Source of the DNA: Octopus vulgaris
Lineage: Eukaryota
Assembly: GCA_951406725.2 (NCBI GenBank)
Contig: OX597825.1
Span: 65,472,001-65,536,000 of the forward strand
Reading direction: 5' to 3'
Length of the DNA: 64,000 nucleotides
Shown: positions 1 through 12,795 of the stretch, piece after piece
How the letters are laid out: every line of letters starts with the position of its first letter
How positions within the stretch are numbered: position 1 is the stretch's first letter
Program-made: the position numbers and the translations under genes
The notes under the pieces: model-generated
What the model was told of the DNA's origin: nothing
Databases searched by the model: none
What the model saw: only the letters and a program-made list of their open reading frames with translations

Positions 1-270
1 CCAAGTAGTGCCATGGCAGACGGATTTTGGACCATAGTGTGTGTGGACCCTTTTGGCAAGGAGATCTCTACCCTAAACAAACTCACGACATTGGCTGGTT
101 TCTTTTTGATCCACCTCTTCCCCACTTTTTTTTATTTTTTATGCTTTTACAAAATCCCAGTGGGGCAAGGATGGTGGGTGCAGAAGTAGTCTAGTAAATA
201 AATCTAGTAGCTAGACTGGTATTTTATTTTATTGACCTTCAAAGAATGAATGATAAGGGTACACCAGGCA

Positions 271-790
271 CATGCTCTAGGGACCAATTCTGTAGGTTTT
301 TACTCCACTCTAAATGCTTTGCAACGTTTGTTTTTGAAAGTAGTGGTTTTCTGATTGCAGCTCTCCCATGAAACCCGGCTTTGTGCAACTCTCAGCAACG
401 AGGTGGTCATTAAGCTCTGCAGTAATTTTGGGAGCTGTACTTTTGTGATCCTTTCTAACAATTCATGTAAGAGTCCGACAGCTCCTATCTGAAAGTTTTG
501 GTTTTCTTCCAGAGTTTTGTTTCTACGAGGAGTTTTTTCCCTCTTTCTCAAAGTCTGTCATTACTTTCGAGACAGTACTTCTTGATACACCAAACATTTC
601 GGCTGTTCTTGTTCCACTAGCACCTGCCAAACAAGCACCAACCATTTGACTTGTTTGAAAATCTGATAGAGCTGTCATTTAGTAATAAATCAAAAAATAT
701 AAAAATAAACAAGCTTTTGATGGTTTTATAGATATTTCAAAATTATAATGCTATGATGCTAGATGTTTTCATTATTTTGTCCAACCCCTG
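271..790 (-). mobile_element. Degenerate Tc1/mariner DNA transposon, 5' part (TIR plus transposase N-terminus)
   Basis: Minus strand from ATG at 678 reads MTALSDFQTSQMVGACLAGASGTRTAEMFGVSRSTVSKVMTDFEKEGKNSS*KQNSGRKPKLSDRSCRTLT*IVRKDHKSTAPKITAELNDHL. After a shift it continues LHKAGFHGRAAIRKPLLSKTNVAKHLEWSK (HTH region with a GRPR-like GRKP motif). TIR CAGGGGTTGGACAAAATAATGAAAA ends at 790 next to TA. Confidence 0.85.
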
Positions 791-2047
791 TATATATAGG
801 TGTTAATAGTGATAGGCTGATTAAAATGTTTCTACTGATATTGTATCATGTGCTAACATATTGTCAGACAATATCATTCTCAGAACTAGCTCTGAAAACT
901 ATTTCTATAGATGCATGGTAGAGGATTAAGCAAAGGATCTGAAAAATAATTTCTAAATTTCTGAATATTCACATTGAATGTAACTTGGTTGAATTAATGA
1001 ATTTTAATATCTCAAGAGTATATAATCTTACTTGGTTGTGGAATGAATGCAAAAATAATATAGATTAATATCTTGGAAATTTTTTGAAAAATATTCCATT
1101 TTATATATTGAAAATATAAATAAGAATTTTATATGAAGAAAGTAAAAAATTTAGCTTTATTCATGTAATGCATTTTTCAGTTGATATTTCACTTGATTAT
1201 ATCACTCCTATATTTTATTCTTCTCACGGGTACTGCTGAAACTACAGTTATCTCCAATATTTTTGAAAGTAAGCTTCAAGATAGATGATAATACCATGAT
1301 ATAGATTTGTCAACAAGTATTTATCATCATGTATTTATGAGAGAAAAGTAGCAAGAATGAAATAAGAAGAAGGAAGAGACAAATGCATCAGCCACTGGTA
1401 TATAGTTGTAATATTCGGCAGAAATACATAAAAGTATCCAATGATTTGGGATATACTTTGAATATTAATAAAATCTTCTAACACAGATAGATCTATATTT
1501 GAGACAAAAAAATAGTGAAATGAGACATATAATATGATCTTTATTGGTAAATGCCATAGAATCATCTGTGAATGAATATCATGTGATAACGTTTTAATAA
1601 AAACCAAATTACGAGATATTCACATATCGAAATATCTGAGACATTGCTATCTTTGAATCCAATAGGCTAGAGAGGATATTATAATGTTAACACAATATTT
1701 GGTTTGTGCAAATAGCAACACAGAAGAGATAATTTTATTTTGGCATTTGTAAAGATATTTAATATAACCAAACTTATACAGGAAAATGAACCCAATGGAT
1801 ATTTTAAGCTAACTTTCTAAATTTCATTTATGGAAACTGAAAATATAGAAAAAGAAAATGAGCAAATGTCTAAATGATGAGTTGATGAGTGTATGTTTAA
1901 TGTACGCACCTGGTATATCAATACAATAAGATTTTATATTTGTATACAGTACACATCTAAATCAAATCTTTTATATATAGGAATCTGTTCCCTAGTTGAA
2001 TGTATTGCATGGTTTAGTACAATATGTAGTATATCCTTTTGAGGCTT

Positions 2048-2194
2048 TTCTGAGTTCAAATTCCACTGAGGTTGTCTTTACCTTTCATCCTTTTGGGGTT
2101 AATAAAATAAATACAAGTTCAGCACTGGGGTCGATGTAATTAACTCATCCCTCTCCTGAAATTGTTCGCCTTGTGCCAAAATTTGAAACCAATA
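2048..2194 (+). mobile_element. SINE family B (Meta-domain-like), partial
   Basis: TTCTGAGTTCAAATTCC B-box-like motif followed by CTTTCATCCTTTTGGGGT..ATAAAATAA..CACTGGGGTCGATGTAAT; matches other copies in the window. Confidence 0.75.
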
Positions 2195-2424
2195 TATAGT
2201 ATATACATTGAAATTATCTGCTCAACAAATGTAAGTTCTTGAAGGGAAAGATCTGTCATATAGTAATGATACAGTTTAGGAATTGCTTAAAATGCAATGG
2301 GAAGATTCAAACTCAGATGAATACGATAAACTGTTTTGATACCAACAATCTTGAAAACCCACTTGGTTCCATGATACAGGTTTCCTAATTTAGAGTGACC
2401 TAACTTGAACTTTCCATTAAAATT

Positions 2425-2748
2425 TCATCATCATCGTTTAACGTCCACGTTCCATGCTAGCATGGGTTGGACGATTTGACTGAGGTGCTGCACCAGACTC
2501 CAATCTGATCTGGCAGAGTTTCTAGAACTTGATGCCCTTCCTAATGCCAACCACTCCAAGAGTGAGTGTTGTGGGTGCTTTTACATGCCACCAACGCGAG
2601 GGCCAGTCAGTCAGTACTGGCAATGGCCATGCTGAAATGGTGCTTTTTATGTGCCACCTGCACAGGAGCCAGTCCAGCAGCACTGGCAACGACCTCGCTC
2701 AAATGTTTTTTTCATGTGCCACCAGCACAAGTGCCAGTAAGGCGATGC
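2425..2748 (-). mobile_element. Interspersed repeat family C (SINE/RTE-tail-like, (GAT)n tail)
   Basis: Reverse complement of GTGGTTGGCATTAGGAAGGGCATC...CCAACCCATGCTAGCATGGAA..GTTAAACGATGATGA, which recurs at 2842, 8735 and 19375. Confidence 0.8.
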
Positions 2749-2841
2749 AGGTTAATTCGTATTCCAAGCAACAGTTTAATTATGACAAAGTTATTTTCAA
2801 AAGTTCTTCATTATTTTCAAAATTAATTAATTGAAGGAAAA

Positions 2842-3166
2842 GCTGGTGGCACATAAAAAGCACCATCTGATCGTGGCTGTTTGCCAGCCTCATCTGGCAC
2901 CTGTGCCGGTGGCACGTAAAAAGCGCCCACTACACTCACGGAGTGTTTGGCATTAGGAATTGGCATCCAGCCATAGAAACATTTCCCAGACCCCAGTTGA
3001 ACCGTCCAACCTCATGGAGTGGTTGGCGTTAGGAAGGGCATCCAGCCGTAGAAACATTGCCAGATCAGACTGGGCCTGGTGCAGCCTTCTGGCTTCGCAG
3101 ACCCCAGTTGAACCATCCAACCCATGCTAGCATGAAAAGCAGACGCTAAACGATGATGATGATGAT
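2842..3166 (+). mobile_element. Interspersed repeat family C, with internal partial duplication
   Basis: GGCACATAAAAAGCACC subrepeats, GGTTGGCGTTAGGAAGGGCATCCAGC block present twice, (GAT)n tail. Confidence 0.8.
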
Positions 3167-3929
3167 ATTATACATGTATAACATACAATATGTATATAAT
3201 ATATATATGCATACATATGTGTGTGTGTGTGTGTGCGTGTGTGTGTGTGTGTGTGTGTAAACTAATGCGTTTAGCCATTCATTCTGGTGAAGATTTGATT
3301 GACATAAATATAATCAACATCTGTTACTCTGTTGAATTATTTTTCTCAGTGGTTATGTTCCATTTCTGACTGACATCGAAAGATTCTAACAGTGGGAAAT
3401 GTTGACAGATTTCACCAGTGTTTTCTTTATTTTCATTCCTAGTCCTTAAAGAGGTTTTTTTGCAACCCATATTGTATTCTCTATAACATATTCAATGTAA
3501 TTTCCCTCTCTACTGCTTCCATCTTGTAGACTAGTTCTCTATTGTCTCTTTTAGTAGAAGTGGCACTGGGTTGAAATAATTACTTATTGTTCAAGGTAAA
3601 GCATAAGGTGAAAATATGGACTGAAATACAGTGGAATATTCTGCATAGAATCACAAAAGCTCGTTTTTTGACTCCCACCAATATTTTTTTTTAATCTTTG
3701 CTATGAAGCTCCCTGAAAAGTCACATTTTGACCATTCTCCTCAGCAGACATTTACAAGTGCCTGTCATATTCAGACACATCCTTAGAAATTTCAAGACAT
3801 TTCCTTTTTTGAAAGCCTTGGGTATAAAATGTTCTCATTCTGTCATTTGCTTCAGCCCCTTCAAACAAAAATAACTATAGATCTATTGACCTGAAGATTG
3901 AACTCATATCCCCCCAGCTAAACTTTTAA

Positions 3930-4149
3930 CCCTTTCATTACCAACTTGGCTGAAACTGGCTCTGGCTCTGAGTACAAATGTCTTGTTTCCATAAGTTTTG
4001 AATTAAAATCTTCCACCAAACCTTAGTCACAATTTATGTTCCTAGCACTAGCTTAATGATAACTAAGTTATTTTACTAAATTCTTTGTTATATTTATAGT
4101 AATTGAAAGAAACACAGAGCATCTCAAAAGAAATACAGTAACGAAAGGG
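3930..4149. mobile_element. piggyBac-like MITE
   Basis: TTAA on both sides (3926-3929, 4150-4153); TIRs CCCTTTCATTAC / GTAACGAAAGGG; inverted second copy at 40133-40354. Confidence 0.85.
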
Positions 4150-4424
4150 TTAATCATTGCTTATATTCACTAGGCAATTGTTTCCTATCAGAATTAGGTA
4201 AAAGAAATTATGAGCTTTAAATCTGTTTTCCTTTTTTAATGTTTTGGATAAGGTGTTCATATCTATGCTATGGCTATTGAGAAGTTTATCAGAGCCCAGC
4301 AATTGAACTAATTCTTTCAATGGTTATTTTTTTTCTCGTTGCATTGATCCCTGTTATCTTCACTTTATTTCACAATTATCAGTGACTCCATTAAGCCTAG
4401 CAAAGTGAATATAATTGTTTTTAT

Positions 4425-4682
4425 ATATATATCTGTAAATATAATATGTGACAATTATTCGGTAGCCATGATAAAACTCCATGTTTTGGATGTTGCAGCA
4501 CACTACGACAAATATGTTTATACATGTAGTGGGGTATATATATATGTGTGTGTGTGTGTATACATATATATATATGTGTGTGTGTGTATGTATTTAAATA
4601 AGGAAAGAATTCACAGAAAAACAAAAGACAAAGACAGGTGGTGTAGACAACAAACAGTTTAATGCTTGAGAAGTGAAAATGT

Positions 4683-4690
<8 letters not shown>
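4425..4690. mobile_element. Two short Penelope-type terminal fragments in TA/TG tracts
   Basis: 4430-4510 matches 35465-35522; 4600-4687 matches 58080-58170, whose copy carries a hammerhead-like fold. Confidence 0.5.
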
Positions 4691-4747
<57 letters not shown>

Positions 4748-4871
4748 CATAATAGATGCTGATATATGTATACATACACACACATATATATATATATGTG
4801 TATGTATGTATGTATGTATGTATGTATGTATGTATGTATGTATGTATGTATGTATGCATTGTGTATGTATG

Positions 4872-4905
<34 letters not shown>

Positions 4906-4945
4906 TTGTGTATGTATGTATGTATGTATGTATGTATGTATATAT
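4686..4945. repeat. (TA)n and (TATG)n microsatellite block
   Basis: Directly visible. Confidence 0.95.
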
Positions 4946-5129
4946 CAACATCTATTGTGTGTATAGATTTAGTTTGATTCACACTGAGAGAATAGAATGT
5001 TTCAATTATTGATTCAAGCTGCAATACACCAGCTGCCTTTGCTTAGCATGTATTTTCAAGCACATATGGTTGGGTTTTGAACAGTGCAGTGTTAACAACT
5101 CTACATGAGCTTATTGTTAATTAATAATT

Positions 5130-5350
5130 AAAGGTAACAAGCTGGCAGAAGTGACAGTGTGCTAGACAAAATGCTTAGCAGCATTTTGTTCATCTTTATA
5201 TTCTGAGTTCAAATTCTGCTGAAGCCAACTTTGCGTTTCATCCTTTTGGGGCCAATAAATTAAGTACTAGCTGAGTATTAGGGTTGATGTGATCAAGTAT
5301 CTCCTCCTTTAAAATTTCAGACCTTGTGCCTTGAGTAGAAAGGATTATTG
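5130..5350 (+). mobile_element. SINE family B, diverged full-length copy
   Basis: AAGG..AAGCTGGCAGAA head, TTCTGAGTTCAAATTC, TTTCATCCTTTTGGGG core, CCTTGTGCC..AGTAGAAAGGATTATT end. Confidence 0.75.
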
Positions 5351-5921
5351 GTAAAGTATTTAAAATTATAAAAAAAGTAATTAGTATTTTACTGTCTACC
5401 AAATAAGGGGGGAAAAAAAAGTGGTAAAGACCTCCTTCGGTTCTGAATGTTCATGGGATTTCACATAGAAAGTTGAGGTAGTTGTGGTGGTGGTGGTGCT
5501 GCTGCTGGTAATGATGTTGATTACAAGAAGCGAGTGCAAAAGTAACAACATAAGAACATAATTTACCTTAATTATAACTCCTATTACCTGGAATTCACAG
5601 CAGTGAAGCAAATGGGAAGCATAAATTAATGCACTAGCTATAATTCCTTCAAAACAAGCCTGCAACTCAATTAACGCTATTACAGCCGTATTTAGTTAAA
5701 TAAATTTAATCACAAATCTCTCAAATGTCAACTGAAATTTCCTCAGAGTTAAATATGAAAGAGAAAATATCTCTCTTGGTGAGAACATCATTCTTTTGAG
5801 AGTTTATAGACCTAACTACATTGAAATGTCATGGTTGACATTGGATTAACATGTAGCATGTAAAACAAAGAAACTGCTCCTGGAAATGCAGACTTTTACT
5901 CATGAACTATGAGCAGAAAGT

Positions 5922-6053
5922 GGAGTGGCTGCATGGTAAGTAGCTTGCTTACGAACCACACAGTTCCGGGTTCAGTCCCACTGCATGGCACCTTGGGCAA
6001 GTCTCTTCTACTATAGCCTCAGGCTGACCAAAACCTTTTGAGTGGATTTGGTA
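5922..6053 (+). mobile_element. SINE family A, 5' part (tRNA-like head)
   Basis: GGAGTGGCTGCATGGTAAG (A-box-like), GGGTTCAGTCCC (B-box-like), CCTTGGGCAAG body. Confidence 0.85.
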
Positions 6054-6063
6054 TACATATATA

Positions 6064-6226
6064 TGACGGGCTTCTTTCAGCTTCTGTCTACCAAATCCAC
6101 TCACAAGGCTTTGGTCAGCCCAAGGCTATAGTAGAAGATACTTGCCCAAGGTGCCACGCAGTGGGACTGAACTCAGAACCATGTAGTTGCTAAGCAAATT
6201 ACTTACCACACAGCCACTCCTGTGCC
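6064..6226 (-). mobile_element. SINE family A, 5' half, inverted relative to 5922-6053
   Basis: Reverse complement of the family A head and body. Confidence 0.85.
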
Positions 6227-6228
6227 TA

Positions 6229-6328
6229 TGGATGAAAGGCAAAGTTGACCCCGGCAGCATTTGAACAGGCAAAATACTGCTCAAGCATTTTGCCCGGCAT
6301 GCTAACAATTCTGCCAGCTTGCCGCCTA
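6229..6328 (-). mobile_element. SINE family B fragment
   Basis: GGATGAAAGGCAAAGTTGACC...GCTAACAATTCTGCCAGCTTGCCGCCT. Confidence 0.7.
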
Positions 6329-6456
6329 CCATTCTCTAAATCATTCTCTCCTATCACATATTATTGCATTAAGGAAGAATTGATATATTAAATAACGTAA
6401 TGTTGGGATACAATACATTTTAAAGTAGCTGTGAAATGCTCATATATATATATATA

Positions 6457-6670
6457 ACTCACAAGAGTAAACAAGAGAGACAGGGAAAGGCAGAAACAAG
6501 GAAAATGCCACTTATATTTGAACACTATACAAATATTCTTTTAAAAAAATTTTTCTTTTAAATTTTCTAAATTTAATTGTTACAGTTGAAAAGGTCTCAA
6601 TGACTGAAACCGGTACTGAAATGTTCTTTATAAAATTACTTTAGCATTTTCTATCCTGACTTGTTTTTTC
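6457..6670 (+). mobile_element. Penelope-type terminal fragment with degenerate hammerhead-like motif (6583-6618)
   Basis: CAG-TTGAAAA-GGTC tcaat GACT-GAAAC CG GTA-CTG; the core is mutated relative to CUGANGA; flanked by (TA)n. Confidence 0.45.
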
Positions 6671-6689
6671 ATATATATATATATAAATA

Positions 6690-6990
6690 AGAGATAATGG
6701 TGTCATTGAGACCCAAAGGTGTCAGGTAATGCTGAATAATTGCTATAGACAGACCATGGATTTACAACTTCAATACCCATACATATCTTGCATCTATTTT
6801 CTCTCCTCCACCTCACTCTCTATTTTGTATCACATCTAAACTAACTATGACTTAACTATCCTCTCACACCATCTCCAATGAAGGGATATAATTAATAAAT
6901 ATCCTAGAAACAGCTGTAAGACCTTCTATCTATAAATGCTCTAATATCTACACATCCTTGGTGTTTTTATCTTATTACGCAAAAAATTCT
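6690..6990 (+). mobile_element. Penelope-type terminal fragment with hammerhead-like motif (6872-6922)
   Basis: TCT-CCAATGA-a-GGGATAT..ATATCCT-a-GAAAC AGCT GTA-AGA; inverted copy at 23615-23780; flanked by (TA)n. Confidence 0.6.
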
Positions 6991-7905
6991 TATATATATA
7001 TATATTTGTATATGCATGAGTAGTGTGGAATCAAGTCATTGCATTTGATCCCATGCTTTCATGCTTTCCTGGTATATTACTTTATTGACCACAAAAGGAT
7101 AAAAGGCAAAGGTGGTCTTGGAGGGATTTGAACACAGAATGTAAAGAGTTGGAAGAAATCAACAACGAATAATGACAGCAAAATTACTGCCAGCAAGTTT
7201 AAAACTTGGAATTTAAAAACATGTCGTTTTAAATGATACAAAGCATTTTTCTCCATTGGTTTACTGATCCAGAAGCCAATTAAATTTCTAAAAGACATTC
7301 CAGGATATGAAGACTTAGCAATTCCAGTATTTTGATAATCATGGTTTTGTTTCTTATTATTTATAAGCAAAGAGATTATTGTATTAGGCAATGATTGGTT
7401 TAGCTGGCATTTGGGTATAGCCAAAGAAAACAGGAAATATGGTGGTGTACATTGTCAATATTTGCATGAGAACCCCTATGCAGTTATTGAGGACTAGAAT
7501 TAACAGCTAAATGCTTTTTAAGCCTTTTACTGTGGAAATCAGATATATCCACTCAAACTTTTATTATCCTTAACTGCAGAAAGCAGCTTTAAATGCCAAT
7601 CAATCCTTCGTTGAGAAATGTCATGTTGGAAACTAATTTTTGTTGAGATATGTCACGTTTATTAAGGTAACACGACTTGCAGAAAATACCAATTCTATTC
7701 TTTGATAGAAATTTAACGTCATTAAAGGAACCATGAAATTTTATTTTGAAGTTAAAGGGTTACATAAAAGTCATGTGTTTCAAACATCTGTCAAGCTGCA
7801 CTGTCCTTGAAACGGTGCAGAATTAAGATAACAGGAATAATTTTCTGTACAGATTTACTTAAGACTGAACTGGGATTTAAAATACGAAATGTGCTAATGA
7901 AATGC

Positions 7906-8302
7906 ACAGGAGTGGCTATGTGGTAAGTAGCTTACTACCCAAACACATGGTTCTGGGTTCAGTCCCACTGTGTGGCACCTTGGGCAAGTTTCTTCTACTA
8001 TAGCCTCGGGCTGACCAAAGCCTTGTGAGTGGATTTGGTAGACAGAAACTGAAAGAAGCTCGTCGTATATATGTATATATATGATGTGTGTGTGCTTGTG
8101 TGTCTGTGTTTATCTCCCCAACATCACTTGACAACCAATGCTGGTGTGTTTATGTCCCCATAACTTAGCGGTTCAGCTAAAGAGACCAATAGAATAAGTA
8201 CTAGGCTCACAAAGAATAAGTCCTGGGGTCGATTTGCTTGACTAAAGTCGGTGCTCCAGCATGGCCACAGTCAAATGACTGAAACAAGTAAAAAAAAGAG
8301 TA
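7906..8302 (+). mobile_element. SINE family A, full length
   Basis: CAGGAGTGGCT head, internal TA/TG tract, 3' GGTGCTCCAGCATGGCCACAGTCAAATGACTGAAACAAGTAAAA tail. Confidence 0.9.
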
Positions 8303-8675
8303 ATGAGAGAACATGTTCATAGTCAGTCGATGTGCTGTAAATAGCATCTAAATCATTCTCTCAAATCACATAGCATTGCATTAATGAGGAAATGGTATAT
8401 CAAATAATGTAATCTTGGATATAATGAGATTTAAAGTTGTCAATATGAAATGTTCTTATAATTACATTTTTACATACATGCCTGTGCACAAGAATGTGAA
8501 ATAATTCTTTTCTGGATTGGTGAAACTTGAAGCAGATAAAGCTATAAAAAATAATAGCATGTAAATACTAAGTTAGAATACCCTGAATGGACAACCATTT
8601 TTCTGTCCAAAAAATTTTTAACCCATTATTTACATCCTAATATTCATTACCTTATCTATTTCAAATTTCACCATT

Positions 8676-9057
8676 GCTCTTTTACTCTTTTACTTGTTTC
8701 AGTCATTTGACTGTAGCCATGCTGGAGCAATTGTGCTTGTGGCACATGAAAAAGCATTTGAGCAACGTCGTTGCCAGTGTCACTGGACACTGCTTCTGTG
8801 CAGGTGGCACATAAAAAACACCATTTAAATGTGGCCATTGCCAGTACCGCCTGACTGGCCCTCGTGCTGGTGGCACATAAAAACACCCACTACACTCTCG
8901 GAGTGGTTGGCATTAGGAAAGGCATCCAGCTGTAGAAACTCTGCCAGATCAGATTGGATCCTGGTGCCGCCATCTGGTTCGCCAGTCCTCAGTCAAATCA
9001 TCCAACCCATGCTAGCATGGAAAGTGGACATTAAATGTTTATGATGATGATGATGAT
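8676..9057. mobile_element. Family A tail fragment (-, 8676-8729) joined to a family C copy (+, 8735-9057)
   Basis: Matches to other copies in the window; (GAT)n tail at ~9040-9057. Confidence 0.8.
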
Positions 9058-9600
9058 TTGTCAATAAATTATACATACATTCATACTCACATTCATTCCT
9101 TGAATAACACATACATACATACACTTACTCACATGCTTACATATATACATATGTGTATATTTTTCTTTTACTATCATCCTGTCATCCTGACAGAATTATT
9201 GGTGCAATGACAGTGAGAAAAATAGATGGATTGAATAATTTATTGTGAAAATTTTACAGATTAATAATTTTTATAGATTTATATACATTTATATAAATAT
9301 ATCTATACATTTTTCCATTTCTCACAATTTTATTATTCTCCAGAACTATTACTGATCAAGGTCTCTGTTGCTGCCTAGATATATTCATAACTCAATGCAT
9401 TCATATCTAGCACAGAACTAAAGTGAAATACCTCATTGGGTATTATATCATGCCTTGTTACAGATATATAGATATTTAAATATCTTTTGACATGATGTTA
9501 ACTCTACAATGAAGCTTTCTTGCATACCTGAATATATTTTCATATTTCACCTTACACATGCATACACGCACTTATATATGTGTGTGTGTATATATCTTCG

Positions 9601-10004
9601 ACTCTTTTACTTGTTTCAGTCATTTGACTGTGGCCATGCTGGAGCACTTCCTTATAGTCAAAGAAATTGACTCCTGGACTTATTCTTTGTAAGCCTGGTG
9701 CTTATTCTCCCGTTCTCTTCTGCTGAATCGCTAAGGTATGGGGACAAAAACACAACAGCATCAGTTGTCAAGCCATGGTGGGGGTGACAAACACAGACAC
9801 AAACACACACATTAATATATATACATATATATATATATATATGACAGGCTTCTTTATGTTTCCATCTATCAAATCCACTCACAAGGCTTTGATCGGCCTG
9901 AGGCTATAGTAGAAGACACTTGCTCAAGGTGCTATGCTGTGGGACTGTACCCAGAACCATATGGTTGGGAAGCAAGTTTCTTACCACACAGCCATGCCTG
10001 CACC
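9601..10004 (-). mobile_element. SINE family A, full length
   Basis: Reverse complement of the family A consensus seen at 7906, 33249 and 49907. Confidence 0.9.
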
Positions 10005-10030
10005 TATATATTTATAATAATAATAATAAT

Positions 10031-10320
10031 AACAAGAGCACTCAGAGAACACAAACCTCTGCCAAGGTAACACCAACTTCCTCTCAAAAATTAACCAGGA
10101 GATGATTTTTAAAATGAGAATATCTGAACTAAATTCGACTGCTCTCACAACTGAGAATACTAAGAATGAGCCTGACCACTCTCAAAAATTATGTTAAAAA
10201 AATGGAAAAATAATTCAGAATCCTTGTCCCGTACCGGAGAGATCCCAAAATCTAATCCGTTTGTGCCAGTCACGAGGCCAAACATCTCTGAAAGCTTCAT
10301 TCAAATCCATCTGGCAGTTC
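10031..10320. mobile_element. Helentron/HINE (DINE-1-like) non-autonomous element, partial
   Basis: Starts AACAAGAGCACTCAGAGAACACAAACCTCTGCCAAG; body CCAAAATCTAATC...GAAAGCTTCATTCAAATCCATC resembles HINE-type elements as I recall them. Confidence 0.5.
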
Positions 10321-10363
10321 TATATGTATGTATTTATACACATACGTGTATATATATACATAC

Positions 10364-10433
10364 ATATATGAAAGAAAGTTTGAAAATGCAATACACCTTT
10401 TAAAGTTGCATTTTCAAACCTTCTTTCATATAT
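10364..10433. repeat. Inverted repeat, ~28-bp arms
   Basis: ATATATGAAAGAAAGTTTGAAAATGCAA (10364-10391) versus TTGCATTTTCAAACCTTCTTTCATATAT (10406-10433), one mismatch. Confidence 0.85.
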
Positions 10434-10469
10434 ATTTCCACTCGTGCGGTATCTTACAACTTCACTTTG

Positions 10470-10503
<34 letters not shown>

Positions 10504-10582
10504 ATAATAATATTAGGGAATAAATCCAAACTTACAGGGAAATTTAATATAATATATATATATATATATATATACATATCAA

Positions 10583-10601
10583 TAGATAGATAGATAATTA
10601 A

Positions 10602-10689
<88 letters not shown>

Positions 10690-10728
10690 GTAGATAGATA
10701 GATAGTTAGAAAGATAGATAGATAGATA
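10583..10728. repeat. (GATA)n microsatellite
   Basis: Directly visible. Confidence 0.95.
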
Positions 10729-11153
10729 AAGGAGAAGACAACATGCAAGAGAAATAAACAAATAGACAAAAAATGTAAAATCTACACAAAACCAACAAAT
10801 TCTATGACAGTCACGTGAGTCCATTGGTTTGATGTGTAAGCTCAAGTTCTGTAAATATTTTATGGATGAGAGACAAATCTTCCGTAATTTAAGATGATGG
10901 ACAATCACAATTAACTGTCTTTTCTTATATTGATACTGATTGTTTACAGGTAAGTGAACAAAGGTAATATAGCATTAACTGCCATGGAATCTCTTCAAAA
11001 TATTCACAGTGAATTAGAACTCACGGGTTCAGTTGAATATGTTAAGAAACTAATATAATTTACCAGGCAGATGTATATGCATGAAATGAAGATGGCAGTG
11101 CTCCAGCATGGCTGCTGTCAAATGAGTGAAACAAATAAAAGAATATAGTTCTA

Positions 11154-11185
<32 letters not shown>

Positions 11186-11202
11186 ATAATGTGTGTGTAT
11201 GT

Positions 11203-11413
11203 GCAGGCATGTTGTGTGGTGGTAAGAAGCTTGCTTCCCAACCATATGGTTCTGGGTTCAGTCCCACTGTGTGCCACCTATGCTGGAACCTTTTGTGGGA
11301 CCTGTGCTGGCATTACTGTGTGGCACCTTGCACTGGTGTTTTCTACTATAGCTTCAAGGTTAACCAAAGCCTTGTGAGTGGATTGGGTAGAAAGAAACGA
11401 AAAAAAAGCATGT

Positions 11414-11415
<2 letters not shown>
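11203..11415 (+). mobile_element. SINE family A, 5' half with internal insertion
   Basis: Family A head; extra TGCTGG..TGTGG.ACC subrepeats at ~11275-11325. Confidence 0.75.
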
Positions 11416-11460
<45 letters not shown>

Positions 11461-11565
11461 ATATGTATGTATATCTATGTATATGCCTATTTATATATAT
11501 GTATATATATATATATATATATATGTATGTAGATATATGTGTGTATATATGTATATATAAGTATG

Positions 11566-11598
<33 letters not shown>

Positions 11599-11699
11599 AC
11601 ATATGTATATATTTGTATATATGTATATATTTGTATGTATATATATATATATGTATATATATATATGTATATATTTATACATGTATGTATATTTGTATC

Positions 11700-11737
<38 letters not shown>

Positions 11738-11739
11738 TC

Positions 11740-11776
<37 letters not shown>

Positions 11777-11860
11777 GTATGCATGCATGCATGTATGTAT
11801 GTATGTATGTATGTATGTATGTATGTATGTATGTATGTATGTATGTATGTATGTCTGTAT
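11416..11860. repeat. Compound (TA)n/(TATG)n microsatellite
   Basis: Directly visible. Confidence 0.95.
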
Positions 11861-12293
11861 ATATTGTTTGTGCATGAATGTGTGTAAAATATGTATATAT
11901 AATTCTCATTAACATATTTTGGTAGGAATTTTGTATCTCAGCTATATTACTCCAGGTTCAATGACACTGTGTGACACCTTGGATAAATATCTTCTTCTGT
12001 ATCCCTGCCTATTGTTATAAATCAGTGTCATCATTACATGTGCAGTGGCCTTCACTTCAAAAATTCTATGAAGACACACCTTGTCATGTAGAAATATTAT
12101 CTTACTTAGAAAGAGATAAGGGTTAGTGACAGGAGGGGCATCCAACCATAGAAGATTCACCTCAATACACCTTTATAAAACCCATCGCAAATGTGGAAAA
12201 ATAGACATTAAAACAACAATAATGAATATGTTGATCATGGGCAGAAAGATGTTTAGGATGAGTACCATGATGATGTCTGCAGAGATACGCATG

Positions 12294-12340
<47 letters not shown>

Positions 12341-12525
12341 CACAGTCATATTTGTGAATATTTGTAAAATATTTGTAGCTATTTCAATCTGGATTATTCC
12401 AGATTGAAATATCACATTCAAATGTGTATCTATTATATGTATGTTTTTTTAAAAAAAGTGATATTGGTTCATAAAGTTATCCATTATTATTAAAGATATG
12501 TTACAGCTTTACTCTTTTTTTTTTT

Positions 12526-12734
12526 ACTCTTTTACTTGTTTCAATCATTTGCCTGTGGCCATGCGTGAGCACCGCCTTTAATCGAGCAAATCGACCCCCA
12601 GGACTTATTCTTTGTAAGCCTAGTACTTATTCTATCAGTCTCTTTTTCCAAACCGCTAAGTTACGGCGACGTAAACATACCAGCATCGGTTGTCAAGCGA
12701 TGTTGGGGGTACAAACACAGACACACAAACATAT

Positions 12735-12795
<61 letters not shown>

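Noticed and set aside
300-551. Supplied 83-aa ORF
   Set aside because: Off-frame reading of the Tc1 transposase relic
6330-8460. Segmental duplication suggested by similarity of 6330-6440 and 8335-8450
   Set aside because: Better explained as two copies of dispersed family F; flanks do not align
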